Of a stretch of DNA of 64,000 bases, positions 45,234 through 54,983 are shown one piece after another. Below the pieces are notes generated by a model, which saw nothing but the letters and a program-made list of their open reading frames with translations, was not told the DNA's origin and searched no databases. The position numbers were made by a program, and so were the translations under genes. Within the stretch, counting starts at the first letter, position 1. The number at the start of each line of letters is the position of its first letter. This DNA comes from Bacillota bacterium. GTDB lineage: Bacteria > Bacillota > Clostridia > Lachnospirales > Lachnospiraceae. The stretch spans positions 5,215 to 69,214 of the forward strand of contig JAEYFP010000066.1 of NCBI GenBank assembly GCA_023402845.1. Direction: 5' to 3'.

Positions 45234-47576
45234 ATGGACATTATTGCAAGGCTGAAGGAAGAATTACATGTAGAAAAATGGCAGGTGGAGGCAGCTGTCA
45301 ATTTGATTGATGAGGGGAATACAATTCCGTTTATTTCCCGTTACAGAAAGGAAGTGACAGGCTCCTTAAATGATGAAGTGCTGAGAAACTTAAATGAGCG
45401 GCTGACCTATTTGAGGAATCTTGAAGAAAAAAAGGCACAGGTTCTGTCCAGTATCGGAGAGCAGGGCAAGCTGACGGAGGAATTAAAGGCACAGATACTT
45501 GCGGCTGAAACACTTGTTGTCGTGGATGATCTGTACAGGCCGTATCGCCCAAAGAGAAGAACGCGTGCAACGATTGCAAAAGAAAAGGGTCTGGAGCCGC
45601 TTGCAGAGCTGATTTATGCACAGGAAACGGGAGTGTCCGTAGAGGAAAGTGCCAAAGAATATATCAGCCAGGAAAATGGGGTTGGGACAGCAGAAGAAGC
45701 GATCGCAGGGGCAAAGGATATCATTGCGGAAATCGTTTCAGATGAAGCTGATTACAGAAGCTATATCCGTCAGGCGACGTTTGAAGCCGGAAAAATTATT
45801 TCCACTGCGAAAAATGAAAAGCAGGAATCTGTTTATGAAATGTATTATCAATTTGAGGAACCGGTCAAAAAGATCGCAGGACACCGTGTGCTCGCTTTAA
45901 ACCGCGGGGAGGCGGAGAAACTGCTCACAGTCAAGTTGGAGGCTCCCGTTGATCAGATTTTGATGTATCTGACTAAAAAGGTAATCACAAAGGATAATGA
46001 ATATACGACGCCGATTTTAAAAGAAGCAGTAGCCGATAGCTATGATCGTCTGATTGCACCCGCGATTGAGCGTGAAATCAGAAACGACTTGACGGAAAAA
46101 GCAGAAGATGGAGCCATTACTGTATTCGGAAAGAATCTGGAGCAGCTTTTGCTTCAGCCGCCGATTGCCGGTCAGGTTGTGCTTGGCTGGGATCCGGCCT
46201 TTCGTACGGGCTGCAAGCTGGCAATTGTGGATGCAACGGGAAAGGTTCTCGATACAAAGATTATTTATCCTACAGCACCCCAGTTTAAGGTTAACGAGGC
46301 AAAGACAGAATTAAAGAAGCTGATTAATAAATATCACGTCACATTGATTTCGGTTGGAAACGGGACGGCTTCCAGAGAGTCGGAAATGATCATTGTGGAG
46401 CTGCTGAAGGAGATCGATGCAAAGGTACAGTATGTGATCGTCAATGAAGCGGGGGCCTCGGTTTATTCAGCGAGTAAGCTGGCGACAGAGGAATTTCCTA
46501 ATTTTGATGTCGGACAGAGAAGCGCGGCATCGATCGCACGCCGTATTCAGGACCCGCTCGCGGAGCTTGTGAAAATCGATCCCAAATCTATCGGCGTCGG
46601 ACAGTATCAGCATGATATGAATCAGAAGAAGCTATCCGATGCACTGCAGGGCGTTGTGGAGGACAGTGTAAACAAGGTCGGTGTTGATTTGAATACGGCT
46701 TCCGCTTCGCTGCTTGAATATATTTCCGGTGTCTCCAAGGCCATTGCGAAAAATATCGTTGATTACAGGGAAAAGAACGGCCGGTTTACAAACCGTGCCC
46801 AGCTTTTAAAAGTAGCCAAGCTCGGCCCGAAGGCTTATGAGCAGGCTGCCGGATTTATGCGTATTCTGGACGGAGAGAATCCGCTGGACGGGACAAGCGT
46901 ACACCCGGAGTCCTATGAGGCGGCAAAAAAGCTGCTCGAAAAACTCGGCCTTACAATGGAGGATGTCAGGGCGGCGCAGGCACAAGCTGCAAGAGATAAA
47001 TCGGCGGCGAAAAAGATTCCTGTGAAGGAGAATCCCAAACCCGCACCAAAGCAGACCGTAATCAGAAATCAGAATACCGCAATGGGACAGGCGCTCGCGG
47101 CTGTGATGGGAACAGGCGCATTTTCGGCTGAGGAAGTACCGGTAAGAAACAATACAGCAGCATTAAATGGCAGTTCAGCCATCGGTACGCTTGAAAAGAA
47201 AATTACAAATAAGAAGATGCTTGCTCAGGAACTTGGTATCGGTGAAATTACCCTGACAGATATTCTAAGGGAGCTGGAAAAGCCTGCACGCGATCCGCGT
47301 GACAATATGCCCAAGCCGATTCTGCGCTCGGATGTGCTCGAAATGAAGGACTTAACGCCGGGCATGGTATTAAAAGGAACCGTGCGCAATGTCATTGATT
47401 TCGGTGTATTCGTAGATATCGGCGTGCATCAGGATGGGCTTGTGCATATTTCTCAGATTACCGAAAAATATATCAAGCATCCGTTAGAGGCGGTAGCGGT
47501 CGGTGATATTGTGGAAGTAAAGGTGCTGAGTGTTGATGTTCCCAAAAAGAGGATCGCACTGACAATGAAACTGTAA
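45234..47576 (+). CDS. tex: Tex-like transcription accessory protein with C-terminal S1 domain
   Basis: The N-terminal Tex block is IPFISRYRKEVTG, followed by YqgF/RuvC-like and HhH regions. The C-terminal S1 fold is GMVLKGTVRNVIDFGVFVDIGVHQDGLVHISQ. Confidence 0.9.
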   Translation: MDIIARLKEELHVEKWQVEAAVNLIDEGNTIPFISRYRKEVTGSLNDEVLRNLNERLTYLRNLEEKKAQVLSSIGEQGKLTEELKAQILAAETLVVVDDLYRPYRPKRRTRATIAKEKGLEPLAELIYAQETGVSVEESAKEYISQENGVGTAEEAIAGAKDIIAEIVSDEADYRSYIRQATFEAGKIISTAKNEKQESVYEMYYQFEEPVKKIAGHRVLALNRGEAEKLLTVKLEAPVDQILMYLTKKVITKDNEYTTPILKEAVADSYDRLIAPAIEREIRNDLTEKAEDGAITVFGKNLEQLLLQPPIAGQVVLGWDPAFRTGCKLAIVDATGKVLDTKIIYPTAPQFKVNEAKTELKKLINKYHVTLISVGNGTASRESEMIIVELLKEIDAKVQYVIVNEAGASVYSASKLATEEFPNFDVGQRSAASIARRIQDPLAELVKIDPKSIGVGQYQHDMNQKKLSDALQGVVEDSVNKVGVDLNTASASLLEYISGVSKAIAKNIVDYREKNGRFTNRAQLLKVAKLGPKAYEQAAGFMRILDGENPLDGTSVHPESYEAAKKLLEKLGLTMEDVRAAQAQAARDKSAAKKIPVKENPKPAPKQTVIRNQNTAMGQALAAVMGTGAFSAEEVPVRNNTAALNGSSAIGTLEKKITNKKMLAQELGIGEITLTDILRELEKPARDPRDNMPKPILRSDVLEMKDLTPGMVLKGTVRNVIDFGVFVDIGVHQDGLVHISQITEKYIKHPLEAVAVGDIVEVKVLSVDVPKKRIALTMKL

Positions 47577-47585
47577 ATCACGTAA

Positions 47586-47759
47586 GGTTACTGTTCACTC
47601 CACTGCTAAATACAGCAGTTCCGCGACCAGCAACACGCTATGCGATGCACACAAAACGCAAAGATAGCGTTTTGGCGCTGCAATTCTCCGGTTTTCTGTG
47701 ACTTTCGCTTCGCTTCACTCACAAAAAACACGTCGCATATGTCACCAGTGAACAGTAAT
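47586..47759 (+). mobile_element. Family B MITE-like element, copy B3
   Basis: GGTTACTGTTCAC (47586-47598) and GTGAACAGTAAT (47748-47759). It starts 10 nt after the tex stop codon. Confidence 0.6.
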
Positions 47760-47797
47760 CAAGTAAGAACGTGAAAAAAATATACTGAAAATGATAC

Positions 47798-47826
47798 TTG
47801 ACAAAATGTTAACAATGCAGTATGTT
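47798..47826 (+). promoter_or_regulatory. Sigma-A promoter of the FMN riboswitch-ribU transcript
   Basis: TTGACA (47798-47803), 17-nt spacer, TATGTT (47821-47826). Confidence 0.55.
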
Positions 47827-47857
47827 AATTACGAACAGGTACCGTTCAAAATTAAAT

Positions 47858-48040
47858 AAGGAAAATTCTTCGGGGTAGGTGTAATTCCTAGCCGGTGGTG
47901 AAGACGAAATGAGAAGCTGCTTTAAAAGCAGAGACTCATAGGCGTACAAGTCCGCGACCCGTATGTGCCAGAAAGGTGCACACGGTTGATTTGGTACAAT
48001 CCAAAACCGACAGTAAAGTCTGGATGAAAGAAGAAATGCG
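47858..48040 (+). promoter_or_regulatory. FMN riboswitch (RFN element)
   Basis: Conserved RFN blocks are present: TTCTTCGGGGTAGGTGTAATTCCTAGCCGGTGGT, AGTCCGCGACCCG, GATTTGGTACAATCCAAAACCGACAGTAAAGTCTGGATG, and a closing AGAAGAA. It lies upstream of a riboflavin transporter gene. Confidence 0.88.
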
Positions 48041-48085
48041 AACAGGCAGCGGTAGCAAAGTCACTAGTCTTTTCGAACGATTATT

Positions 48086-48118
48086 CCCCGAACATTGATT
48101 GATGTTCGGGGTTTTTTA
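48086..48118 (+). terminator. Expression-platform terminator of the FMN riboswitch
   Basis: CCCCGAACAT (48086-48095) pairs with ATGTTCGGGG (48102-48111) and is followed by TTTTTTAT. Confidence 0.85.
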
Positions 48119-48193
48119 TGCGCATCTATACATATCGAACAGGGCGTTGTATTGTCCGTGTTCGACACATTAAGAAGGAAAAGAGGAAAAAAG

Positions 48194-48949
48194 ATGAAAT
48201 TAGCAGAATTATTTGTTTCGGCAAAGGATAATCTGGCTTTTTTGGGAGTCAGTCTTGTTGTGATAATAGCGGTGTCTGCCCTTGCCGCCATATCGGAAAA
48301 TCTGATCGGGTTTAAGAGGGATGAGCGTACAAGGACGAGAAGGATCGCCTTTATCGGTATTTTCTCTGCGATAGCAGCTGTGCTTATGTACTTGGAAATT
48401 CCGCTTTGGTTTGCGCCGCCGTTTTATGAAATTGATTTCAGCGAAGTGCCGGTACTGATTTGTGCTTTTGCATACGGTCCGGTCGCCGGCGTTATCGCAG
48501 AATTTTTGAAAATTGTTCTAAAGCTGTTTTTGAAAGGAACATCGACCGCCTTTGTCGGTGATCTGGCCAATTTTATTATCGGTTGCACTATGATTCTTCC
48601 GTCTTCTATTATTTATCACGTAAAAAAGACGAGAAGAACCGCTCTTGCGGGAATGACGGCCGGCACAGCGATCATGACCGTGTTTGGAAGTGTGTTCAAT
48701 GCGGTTTATCTGCTTCCTACCTTTGCGAAGCTTTACGGAATGCCTTTGGAGGCGATCATTGGCATGGGAACGGCAGTAAACGCGGGAATTACGAACGTTA
48801 CGACGCTTGTGCTGTTTGCGGTCGTGCCGTTTAACCTGCTGAAGGGTGCAGCTGTATCCGGTATCACATTTTTGCTTTACAAAAAAATCAGTCCGGTCAT
48901 TCATGCACAGCATGAAGAAGCATTGCGCCGGCATACCGCCGAATCATAG
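48194..48949 (+). CDS. ribU: ECF transporter S component for riboflavin
   Basis: Starts MKLAELFVS... at 48194 after AAGAGGAAAA. It has a multi-TM ECF-S architecture with YLEIPLWFAPPFYEIDFSEVPVLI and is under an FMN riboswitch. Confidence 0.85.
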   Translation: MKLAELFVSAKDNLAFLGVSLVVIIAVSALAAISENLIGFKRDERTRTRRIAFIGIFSAIAAVLMYLEIPLWFAPPFYEIDFSEVPVLICAFAYGPVAGVIAEFLKIVLKLFLKGTSTAFVGDLANFIIGCTMILPSSIIYHVKKTRRTALAGMTAGTAIMTVFGSVFNAVYLLPTFAKLYGMPLEAIIGMGTAVNAGITNVTTLVLFAVVPFNLLKGAAVSGITFLLYKKISPVIHAQHEEALRRHTAES

Positions 48950-49058
48950 CAGCATCGGCTTGCAGCTCAGCCTTAAGGTGAAAATATCTTGCGGCTGGGC
49001 TGTTATGTGATTCGGAATTAATGGAAATGTGTCCTTGTGAACAGAGTCAAAATGTGCT

Positions 49059-49101
49059 AAAATATCGTCAGGCTTAGTGTTAAGTGCCGACGATATTTTT
49101 T
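49059..49101 (+). terminator. Intrinsic terminator after ribU
   Basis: AAATATCGTC (49060-49069) pairs with GACGATATTT (49089-49098), running into TTTTTT. Confidence 0.6.
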
Positions 49102-49145
49102 GAATGGATCAGAAACAGCAAAAGCTGTGGCGCAGGGTGGCCGAA

Positions 49146-49589
49146 ATGATGACAGAAACATACAGCAGAGAAGAAACTTTTGCACTTGGAAAATCGCTTG
49201 GCCTGAAAGCAAAGCCGGGCAGTATTTATACATTGACAGGTGATTTGGGGGTCGGAAAGACTGTTTTTACGCAGGGCTTTGCGGCAGGGCTTGGTATCAC
49301 AGAGCCGGTCAGCAGCCCCACATTCACGATTTTGCAGGTTTATGGGGAGGGCCGTCTTCCGTTTTATCATTTTGATGTGTATCGCATCGGCGACCTCGAT
49401 GAAATGGATGAAATCGGTTATGAGGATTGCTTCTATGGAGAGGGAGCCTGTATGATTGAATGGGCCGAATTGATTAAGGAGCTGATACCCGAGCATGCCC
49501 ATAGGATTAAAATTGAAAAAAATCTGAGTATAGGTTTGGATTACCGTTTGATCAAGATTGATGAAGAGCCGTTCGGCTACCTTCCATAA
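49146..49589 (+). CDS. tsaE: tRNA t6A37 biosynthesis ATPase TsaE
   Basis: P-loop GDLGVGKT and SPTFTI. I prefer the start at 49146 (AGGGTGG RBS) over the ORF-track start at 49104, which has no RBS and abuts the terminator T-run. Confidence 0.85.
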   Translation: MMTETYSREETFALGKSLGLKAKPGSIYTLTGDLGVGKTVFTQGFAAGLGITEPVSSPTFTILQVYGEGRLPFYHFDVYRIGDLDEMDEIGYEDCFYGEGACMIEWAELIKELIPEHAHRIKIEKNLSIGLDYRLIKIDEEPFGYLP

Positions 49590-49611
49590 AACAGAATGCG
49601 GAAAGGAAATC

Positions 49612-50316
49612 ATGAAATTACTAGCAATAGACAGCTCCGGACTTGTGGCGACTGTCGCGGTCATTGAAGAGGAGCAGATGCTTGCCGAGTATACGGTGAA
49701 TTTTAAAAAGACGCATTCTCAGACGCTCGTTCCGATGCTGAATGAGATCACACAGATGATCGAACTGGATTTATCATCGATAGATGCGATTGCGGTGGCA
49801 AAAGGCCCGGGATCCTTTACCGGACTTCGAATCGGTTCGGCGACGGCAAAAGGACTGGGATTGGCTCTTGAGAAACCGATTGTTGCGGTGCCCACGGTCG
49901 ATGCACTCAGCTATAATGTGTGGGGAACCGACATGCTCGTATGTCCGCTGATGGATGCGAGACGGGGGCAGGTATATACCGGGATTTATGCATTTGAAGA
50001 TGGAAAACATCATATTATTAAGGAACAATGTGCGATTGCGGTCGAGGAACTGTGCGAGGAATTGAATATACGTGGAAGAAAGACACTGTTTCTCGGGGAT
50101 GGCGTTCCGGTCTATCGGGAAACACTTGCAGCGCTGCTGACCGTTCCCTATGAATTTGCACCGGCCCATATGGCGAGACAGCGGGCAGGCGCGCTGGGCA
50201 TCCTTGCGATGGATTATCTAAAAGCCGGCAAAACAGAAACGGCTGCAGAACATAAGCCGGATTATCTGCGGCTTTCGCAGGCAGAGAGGGAACGAGCACA
50301 AAAACAGGGGACCTAG
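49612..50316 (+). CDS. tsaB: tRNA t6A37 biosynthesis protein TsaB
   Basis: MKLLAIDSSG..., GPGSFTGLRIG. The position between tsaE and rimI is the conserved arrangement. Confidence 0.88.
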   Translation: MKLLAIDSSGLVATVAVIEEEQMLAEYTVNFKKTHSQTLVPMLNEITQMIELDLSSIDAIAVAKGPGSFTGLRIGSATAKGLGLALEKPIVAVPTVDALSYNVWGTDMLVCPLMDARRGQVYTGIYAFEDGKHHIIKEQCAIAVEELCEELNIRGRKTLFLGDGVPVYRETLAALLTVPYEFAPAHMARQRAGALGILAMDYLKAGKTETAAEHKPDYLRLSQAERERAQKQGT

Positions 50317-50328
50317 CCAGTCTGCTAC

Positions 50329-50356
50329 AGATGCTGACTTTGTCAAACTCTTTGCT
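50329..50356 (+). repeat. Family C repeat, internally deleted copy C3
   Basis: GATGCTGACTTTGTCAA|ACTCTTTGCTC joins the first 17 nt of family C directly to its ACTCTTT end. Confidence 0.5.
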
Positions 50357-50371
50357 CGATAGGAAAATGAA

Positions 50372-50806
50372 ATGGTAAAAATAAGAGAAATGCTGGAGTG
50401 CGATGTCTCGGATGTCGCCAGGATAGAAGAAGAATCGTTTTCTATGCCATGGTCGGAAAGTGCGTTTCGTGAAATGCTTTTAAAGGATCAGATGTCCTAT
50501 CTGGTGGCAGATCTGGGCGGTCAGATTATCGGCGGCGCCGGCATCCGCAATATACTCGGCGACGCGGAGATTACAAACGTCGTTATCAAGGAAGCCTACA
50601 GACGGCACGGTTATGGAAAGCTTTTGCTGAAAACAATTATTGAAAAAGGTTTTCAGATGGGCGCAGAAGCTTTTACGCTTGAAGTACGCAAAAGCAACCT
50701 GCCGGCGATCATGCTGTATAGGAAGCTTGGTTTTACCGAGGAGGGTACCCGTAAGAATTTCTACGAAAGACCGCAGGAGGATGCCTTGATCATGTGGAAG
50801 AGATAG
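50372..50806 (+). CDS. rimI: Ribosomal-protein-alanine N-acetyltransferase
   Basis: 144-aa GNAT with RRHGYGKLLL, in conserved tsaB-rimI linkage. Confidence 0.85.
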   Translation: MVKIREMLECDVSDVARIEEESFSMPWSESAFREMLLKDQMSYLVADLGGQIIGGAGIRNILGDAEITNVVIKEAYRRHGYGKLLLKTIIEKGFQMGAEAFTLEVRKSNLPAIMLYRKLGFTEEGTRKNFYERPQEDALIMWKR

Positions 50807-50889
50807 GCACTCGATGGAGTAATTACCACTATTCAACGGAGCAGCCTGCTTGTATAATAAAAGTGACTGCTTTACAAGGAGGATAGTGT

Positions 50890-51138
50890 ATGAGAAAATA
50901 TAAGGATGATAAAAAAACAGAGCTTGCACATGTATTTTGCAATTGCTGCAAAAAAGAACTTCGCCTTGAAAATGGAATTATCAAAGAAGGCATTTATGCG
51001 GGAAATCAGGAATTCAGTTATTTTTCCAATAAGGACGGAGAACTTCATTTTTTTGATTTGTGCGAGGACTGCTACGATAAAATAACCGCGCAGTTTGAAA
51101 TTCCGATAGAAATTTTTGAAAAGAAGGAGCTGCTTTAA
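50890..51138 (+). CDS. Small zinc-ribbon protein (hypothetical)
   Basis: 82 aa with CNCC...CEDC Cys pairs. RBS AAGGAGGA lies upstream. Confidence 0.55.
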   Translation: MRKYKDDKKTELAHVFCNCCKKELRLENGIIKEGIYAGNQEFSYFSNKDGELHFFDLCEDCYDKITAQFEIPIEIFEKKELL

Positions 51139-51165
51139 ACTGTCCGCGGATAGCGAGGACTTGGA

Positions 51166-52077
51166 ATGCTGGATGTTTGTTTGCTGGGAACCGGCGGCAT
51201 GATGCCCCTGCCTTATCGATGGCTGACATCTCTTATGATGCGCTATCAGGGGGGTAGTATTTTAATTGATTGCGGGGAAGGTACGCAGATTGCCATGAAA
51301 GAAAAAGGCTGGAGTGCCAAACCGATCGATATTATCTGTTTCACCCATTATCATGCGGATCACATCGGCGGCTTGCCGGGCTTGCTGCTGACGATGGGGA
51401 ATGCAGAGAGAACAGAACCCTTGACGATGATAGGTCCCAAGGGTTTGGTTCGCGTTGTGACGGCGCTTCGCACAATCGCGCCGGAGCTTCCGTTTCCGAT
51501 CAATTTTATTGAGTTGTCGGAATCGGAGCAGACGATTTCTTTTGACGGTTTTCGGATAGAAGCCTTCCGTGTGAACCACAATATGGTCTGCTATGGTTAT
51601 AGTATGCTCATCGAGCGCGCCGGTAAGTTCAGCGTCGAGAGTGCAAAAGAGAAAAATGTTCCGCTGCAGCTTTGGAACAGGCTGCAAAAGGGAGAGAGCA
51701 TCGAACATGAGGACAGGCTTTTTACGCCGGATATGGTGTTAGGGCCGGAGAGAAAAGGTATAAAACTGACCTATTGCACCGATTCCAGACCAACGGAGCT
51801 GATTGTAAAAAGTGCGGCGAATGCGGATCTGTTCATTTGCGAAGGCATGTACGGGGAGCCGGATATGGAGCAGAAGGCAAAGGAGCATAAGCATATGACT
51901 TTTTGCGAAGCGGCGGATATGGCAAAACGCGCAAACGTGCGTGAACTTTGGCTGACGCACTACAGTCCGTCTTTAACTTATCCGAAGGAATATGTCGGAC
52001 GTGCACGGGAGATTTTTAAGGCCACACATACGGCGAAGGACGGCAGGACGACGGAACTCGACTTTGAAGAGGAGTAG
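51166..52077 (+). CDS. rnz: Ribonuclease Z
   Basis: MBL-fold motif HYHADHIGG and the N-terminus MLDVCLLGTGGMMP; 303 aa. Confidence 0.9.
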   Translation: MLDVCLLGTGGMMPLPYRWLTSLMMRYQGGSILIDCGEGTQIAMKEKGWSAKPIDIICFTHYHADHIGGLPGLLLTMGNAERTEPLTMIGPKGLVRVVTALRTIAPELPFPINFIELSESEQTISFDGFRIEAFRVNHNMVCYGYSMLIERAGKFSVESAKEKNVPLQLWNRLQKGESIEHEDRLFTPDMVLGPERKGIKLTYCTDSRPTELIVKSAANADLFICEGMYGEPDMEQKAKEHKHMTFCEAADMAKRANVRELWLTHYSPSLTYPKEYVGRAREIFKATHTAKDGRTTELDFEEE

Positions 52078-52121
52078 AATCGGTTTTTGATTCAGGTAAG
52101 AATACAGGAGGATAAAAGGAT

Positions 52122-52700
52122 TTGAAAAAGCAGAGTATCAAAAATTTTATTATATTGCTGATTGTTGCGCTGCTGATCGTTGCCAGCTTTGCTTATCTGT
52201 CCAATAGAGACCGGGTCGCCGATGAAGAAGCGGATCAGATGACGGCGGTGCAGGAAGTGCTGGCAAGAGATTTGTCTTCAAATTATCCGCCTACTCCGAA
52301 GGAAGTGCTGAAGTATTACAGTGAGATCACAAGATGCTTTTACAGTGAAGAATATTCCGGGGAGGAGCTTGTTAAGCTTGCGGAAAAATCAAGACAATTA
52401 TTTGATGAAGAGCTTCAGTCAACTCAGACGGAGGAAGAATATTTAGCAGATCTAAAAAATGAGATTACTATTTTTAAAGATGCGGATCGCTCCATTTCAA
52501 GTTATTCTGTGGCAGGCAGCGCAAACGTGGATTATTATCAATATGAGGGTGACGAGTGGGCAAAGCTTAATTGTATTTATTCCATACGCACGGAGGGAAA
52601 AATCAAACCCACCCAAGAAGAATTTCTGCTGAGAAAGGATGCGGACGGCTATTGGAAAATATTTGGCTGGAAGCTTGCCGGGGAAGAAGCAAATGAATAA
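52122..52700 (+). CDS. Hypothetical membrane-anchored protein
   Basis: TTG start after AGGAGG, an N-terminal TM ([17 protein letters not shown]), then a soluble domain. Its stop overlaps the tsaD start (ATGAATAA). Confidence 0.5.
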   Translation: MKKQSIKNFIILLIVALLIVASFAYLSNRDRVADEEADQMTAVQEVLARDLSSNYPPTPKEVLKYYSEITRCFYSEEYSGEELVKLAEKSRQLFDEELQSTQTEEEYLADLKNEITIFKDADRSISSYSVAGSANVDYYQYEGDEWAKLNCIYSIRTEGKIKPTQEEFLLRKDADGYWKIFGWKLAGEEANE

Positions 52701-53715
52701 GGATATACTGATACTTGGGATTGAAAGCTCCTGTGATGAGACGGCAGCCGCGGTCATCAAAAACGGAAGGAGTGTTCTTTCGAATGTCATTTCATCGCAG
52801 ATTGACCTTCATACCTTATATGGCGGTGTCGTACCGGAAATTGCTTCGAGAAAGCATATAGAAAAGATCAATCAGGTAATTGAAGAAGCATTAAAAGAGG
52901 CCGGTATTGCTCTGCACGATTTGGATGCGATAGCAGTCACCTATGGCCCCGGACTTGTCGGTGCCCTGCTTGTCGGTGTTGCGGAGGCAAAGGCGCTCAG
53001 CTTCGCATCGGGAATTCCGCTTATTGGTGTACATCATATCGAAGGCCATATTTGTGCGAATTATATTGAGCATCCGGAGCTTAAGCCGCCGTTTCTGTCG
53101 CTTGTCGTTTCGGGCGGACATACGCATCTTGTCAAGGTGGCGGATTACGGCATTTATGAAATTCTGGGCAGGACAAGAGACGATGCGGCCGGAGAAGCGT
53201 TTGACAAGGTTGCGCGGGCGATTGGTTTAGGGTATCCTGGCGGACCGAAAATAGACCGGGTGTCCAGGGAAGGCAATCCTGAGGCGATCCATTTTCCGAG
53301 GGCAAAAGTTGAAGATAGTTTATATGATTTCAGTTTCAGCGGCTTGAAATCAGCGGTACTCAACTATTTGAACTCTTGCGAGATGAAAGGAGAGCCGATT
53401 GTCGTAAAGGATGTTGCCGCTTCATTTCAAAAGGCGGTGACCGATGTACTTGTCGGGCATTCCATTGCGGCTGTTAAAGCAAACGGTTTTCGCAAATTTG
53501 CGATTGCGGGAGGCGTTGCTTCTAATACTGCACTGCGTGCCGCAATGAAAGAAGCATGCGAAAAAGAGCAGATTACGTTTTATTATCCGTCGCCTGTTTA
53601 CTGTACCGATAATGCTGCCATGATCGGGGTTGCGGGTTATTATGAATTTATAAAAGGTGTCAGAAGCGGACTGGACCTGAATGCGGTGCCAAATTTGAAA
53701 CTGGGTGAACGATAG
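52693..53715 (+). CDS. tsaD: tRNA N6-adenosine threonylcarbamoyltransferase TsaD
   Basis: [21 protein letters not shown] metal site, GGVASN. Confidence 0.93.
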   Translation: MNKDILILGIESSCDETAAAVIKNGRSVLSNVISSQIDLHTLYGGVVPEIASRKHIEKINQVIEEALKEAGIALHDLDAIAVTYGPGLVGALLVGVAEAKALSFASGIPLIGVHHIEGHICANYIEHPELKPPFLSLVVSGGHTHLVKVADYGIYEILGRTRDDAAGEAFDKVARAIGLGYPGGPKIDRVSREGNPEAIHFPRAKVEDSLYDFSFSGLKSAVLNYLNSCEMKGEPIVVKDVAASFQKAVTDVLVGHSIAAVKANGFRKFAIAGGVASNTALRAAMKEACEKEQITFYYPSPVYCTDNAAMIGVAGYYEFIKGVRSGLDLNAVPNLKLGER

Positions 53716-53741
53716 TTTTTAGATTGTCGAGGCTTGTCTCT

Positions 53742-54461
53742 ATGATAGAAAAAAAGAAATGTGTTGCCGTCATACTGGCGGGAGGAAAAGGAAAACGAAT
53801 GCATGCGGATACTGCGAAGCAGTATCTTTTGCTTTCCGGAAAACCGGTTTTATACTATTCCCTGAAGGCTTTCGAGGATAGCTTTATAGATGAGATCGTC
53901 CTAGTGACGGGCAAAGGAGAAGTTTCCTACTGCAGGAAGGAAATTGTGGAACGGTATGGTCTGTCCAAGGTAACGATGGTTGTGGAAGGCGGAAGGGAGC
54001 GCTATCATTCCGTCGCCGCAGGACTTTGCGCAATTACAGACTGCGACTATGTGTTTATTCATGACGGGGCGCGCCCGTTTGTGGCAGAGGAAATCCTTAT
54101 GCGCGCTTATGAGGCGGTGCAGCGCTGGGGAACCGCAATTGCGGCAATGCCTGTAAAGGATACGATCAAAATAGCAGATCATGAGGGGTTTGTGAAGGAA
54201 ACACCCAACAGAAGCAGTGTCTGGATGATGCAGACTCCGCAGGTTTTTTCTTTTTCCTCTATTAGGAAAGCATATGAAGCATTGCTTGCAAAGGAAGAGG
54301 AGCTTATGGACAACGGAATACAGATCACGGACGACGCAATGGTCATGGAAACGTTCGGTGGGGGCAGGGTCAAGCTTGTGGAGGGCAGCTATCGAAATAT
54401 CAAAATAACAACGCCGGAGGATCTTGCCATAGCGGAAGCCCTGCTTTTGAAAATACGTTAA
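53742..54461 (+). CDS. ispD: 2-C-methyl-D-erythritol 4-phosphate cytidylyltransferase
   Basis: VILAGGKGKRM, VFIHDGARPF, and TPQVF blocks. Confidence 0.9.
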   Translation: MIEKKKCVAVILAGGKGKRMHADTAKQYLLLSGKPVLYYSLKAFEDSFIDEIVLVTGKGEVSYCRKEIVERYGLSKVTMVVEGGRERYHSVAAGLCAITDCDYVFIHDGARPFVAEEILMRAYEAVQRWGTAIAAMPVKDTIKIADHEGFVKETPNRSSVWMMQTPQVFSFSSIRKAYEALLAKEEELMDNGIQITDDAMVMETFGGGRVKLVEGSYRNIKITTPEDLAIAEALLLKIR

Positions 54462-54511
54462 TTTGTGAATGTCGCCGAGATGCCAGTGAGTGAATAATTA
54501 AGGAGAAGAAA

Positions 54512-54907
54512 ATGCTGCGTGAAGGGATAAAAGGAGAAATAAGAAAAGTTGTAACAAAAGATGATACCGCAGTAGTTTATAAAAGCGGCGAGGCGGAAGT
54601 GCTTGCAACCCCCGCGATGGCAGCGCTGATGGAGGAAACAGCATGGATGAGCATTAAGCCTTATCTTGACGAGAGCGAAAGCAGCGTGGGAACAAGGCTT
54701 TGTATTACACATATCTCACCGACCCCGATTGGGATGAGCGTTGTATGCCAATCGCATCTGGTTACTATGGAAGGGAAAAAATTAGTATTTGAATTAAGGG
54801 TTGAGGATGAAAAGGGTTTGATAGGAGAAGGAACACATGAACGGGTGATTGTTGAAAAGGAAAAGTTTCAAACGAAAGCCAATAAAAAGGCGGAATCTAT
54901 AAAATGA
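54512..54907 (+). CDS. Hotdog-fold thioesterase family protein
   Basis: 131 aa. VLATPAMAALMEETAW...VGTRLCITHISPTPIG matches the pattern of the small FlK-like thioesterases. Confidence 0.7.
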   Translation: MLREGIKGEIRKVVTKDDTAVVYKSGEAEVLATPAMAALMEETAWMSIKPYLDESESSVGTRLCITHISPTPIGMSVVCQSHLVTMEGKKLVFELRVEDEKGLIGEGTHERVIVEKEKFQTKANKKAESIK

Positions 54908-54919
54908 TTCTATTTTGAA

Positions 54920-54947
54920 GGGTAGTGCATGGGCACTGCCTTTTTTA
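54920..54947 (+). terminator. Intrinsic terminator of the thioesterase gene
   Basis: GGTAGTGC-ATGG-GCACTGCC followed by TTTTTT. Confidence 0.7.
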
Positions 54948-54983
54948 TTATATAGAAAATTCCTCCGAATTTTTTATATAATA
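54948..54983 (+). repeat. Family A repeat, partial copy A4 (H3 hairpin only)
   Basis: ATTATATAGAAAATTC-CTCC-GAATTTTTTATATAAT, immediately after the terminator T-run. Confidence 0.65.
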
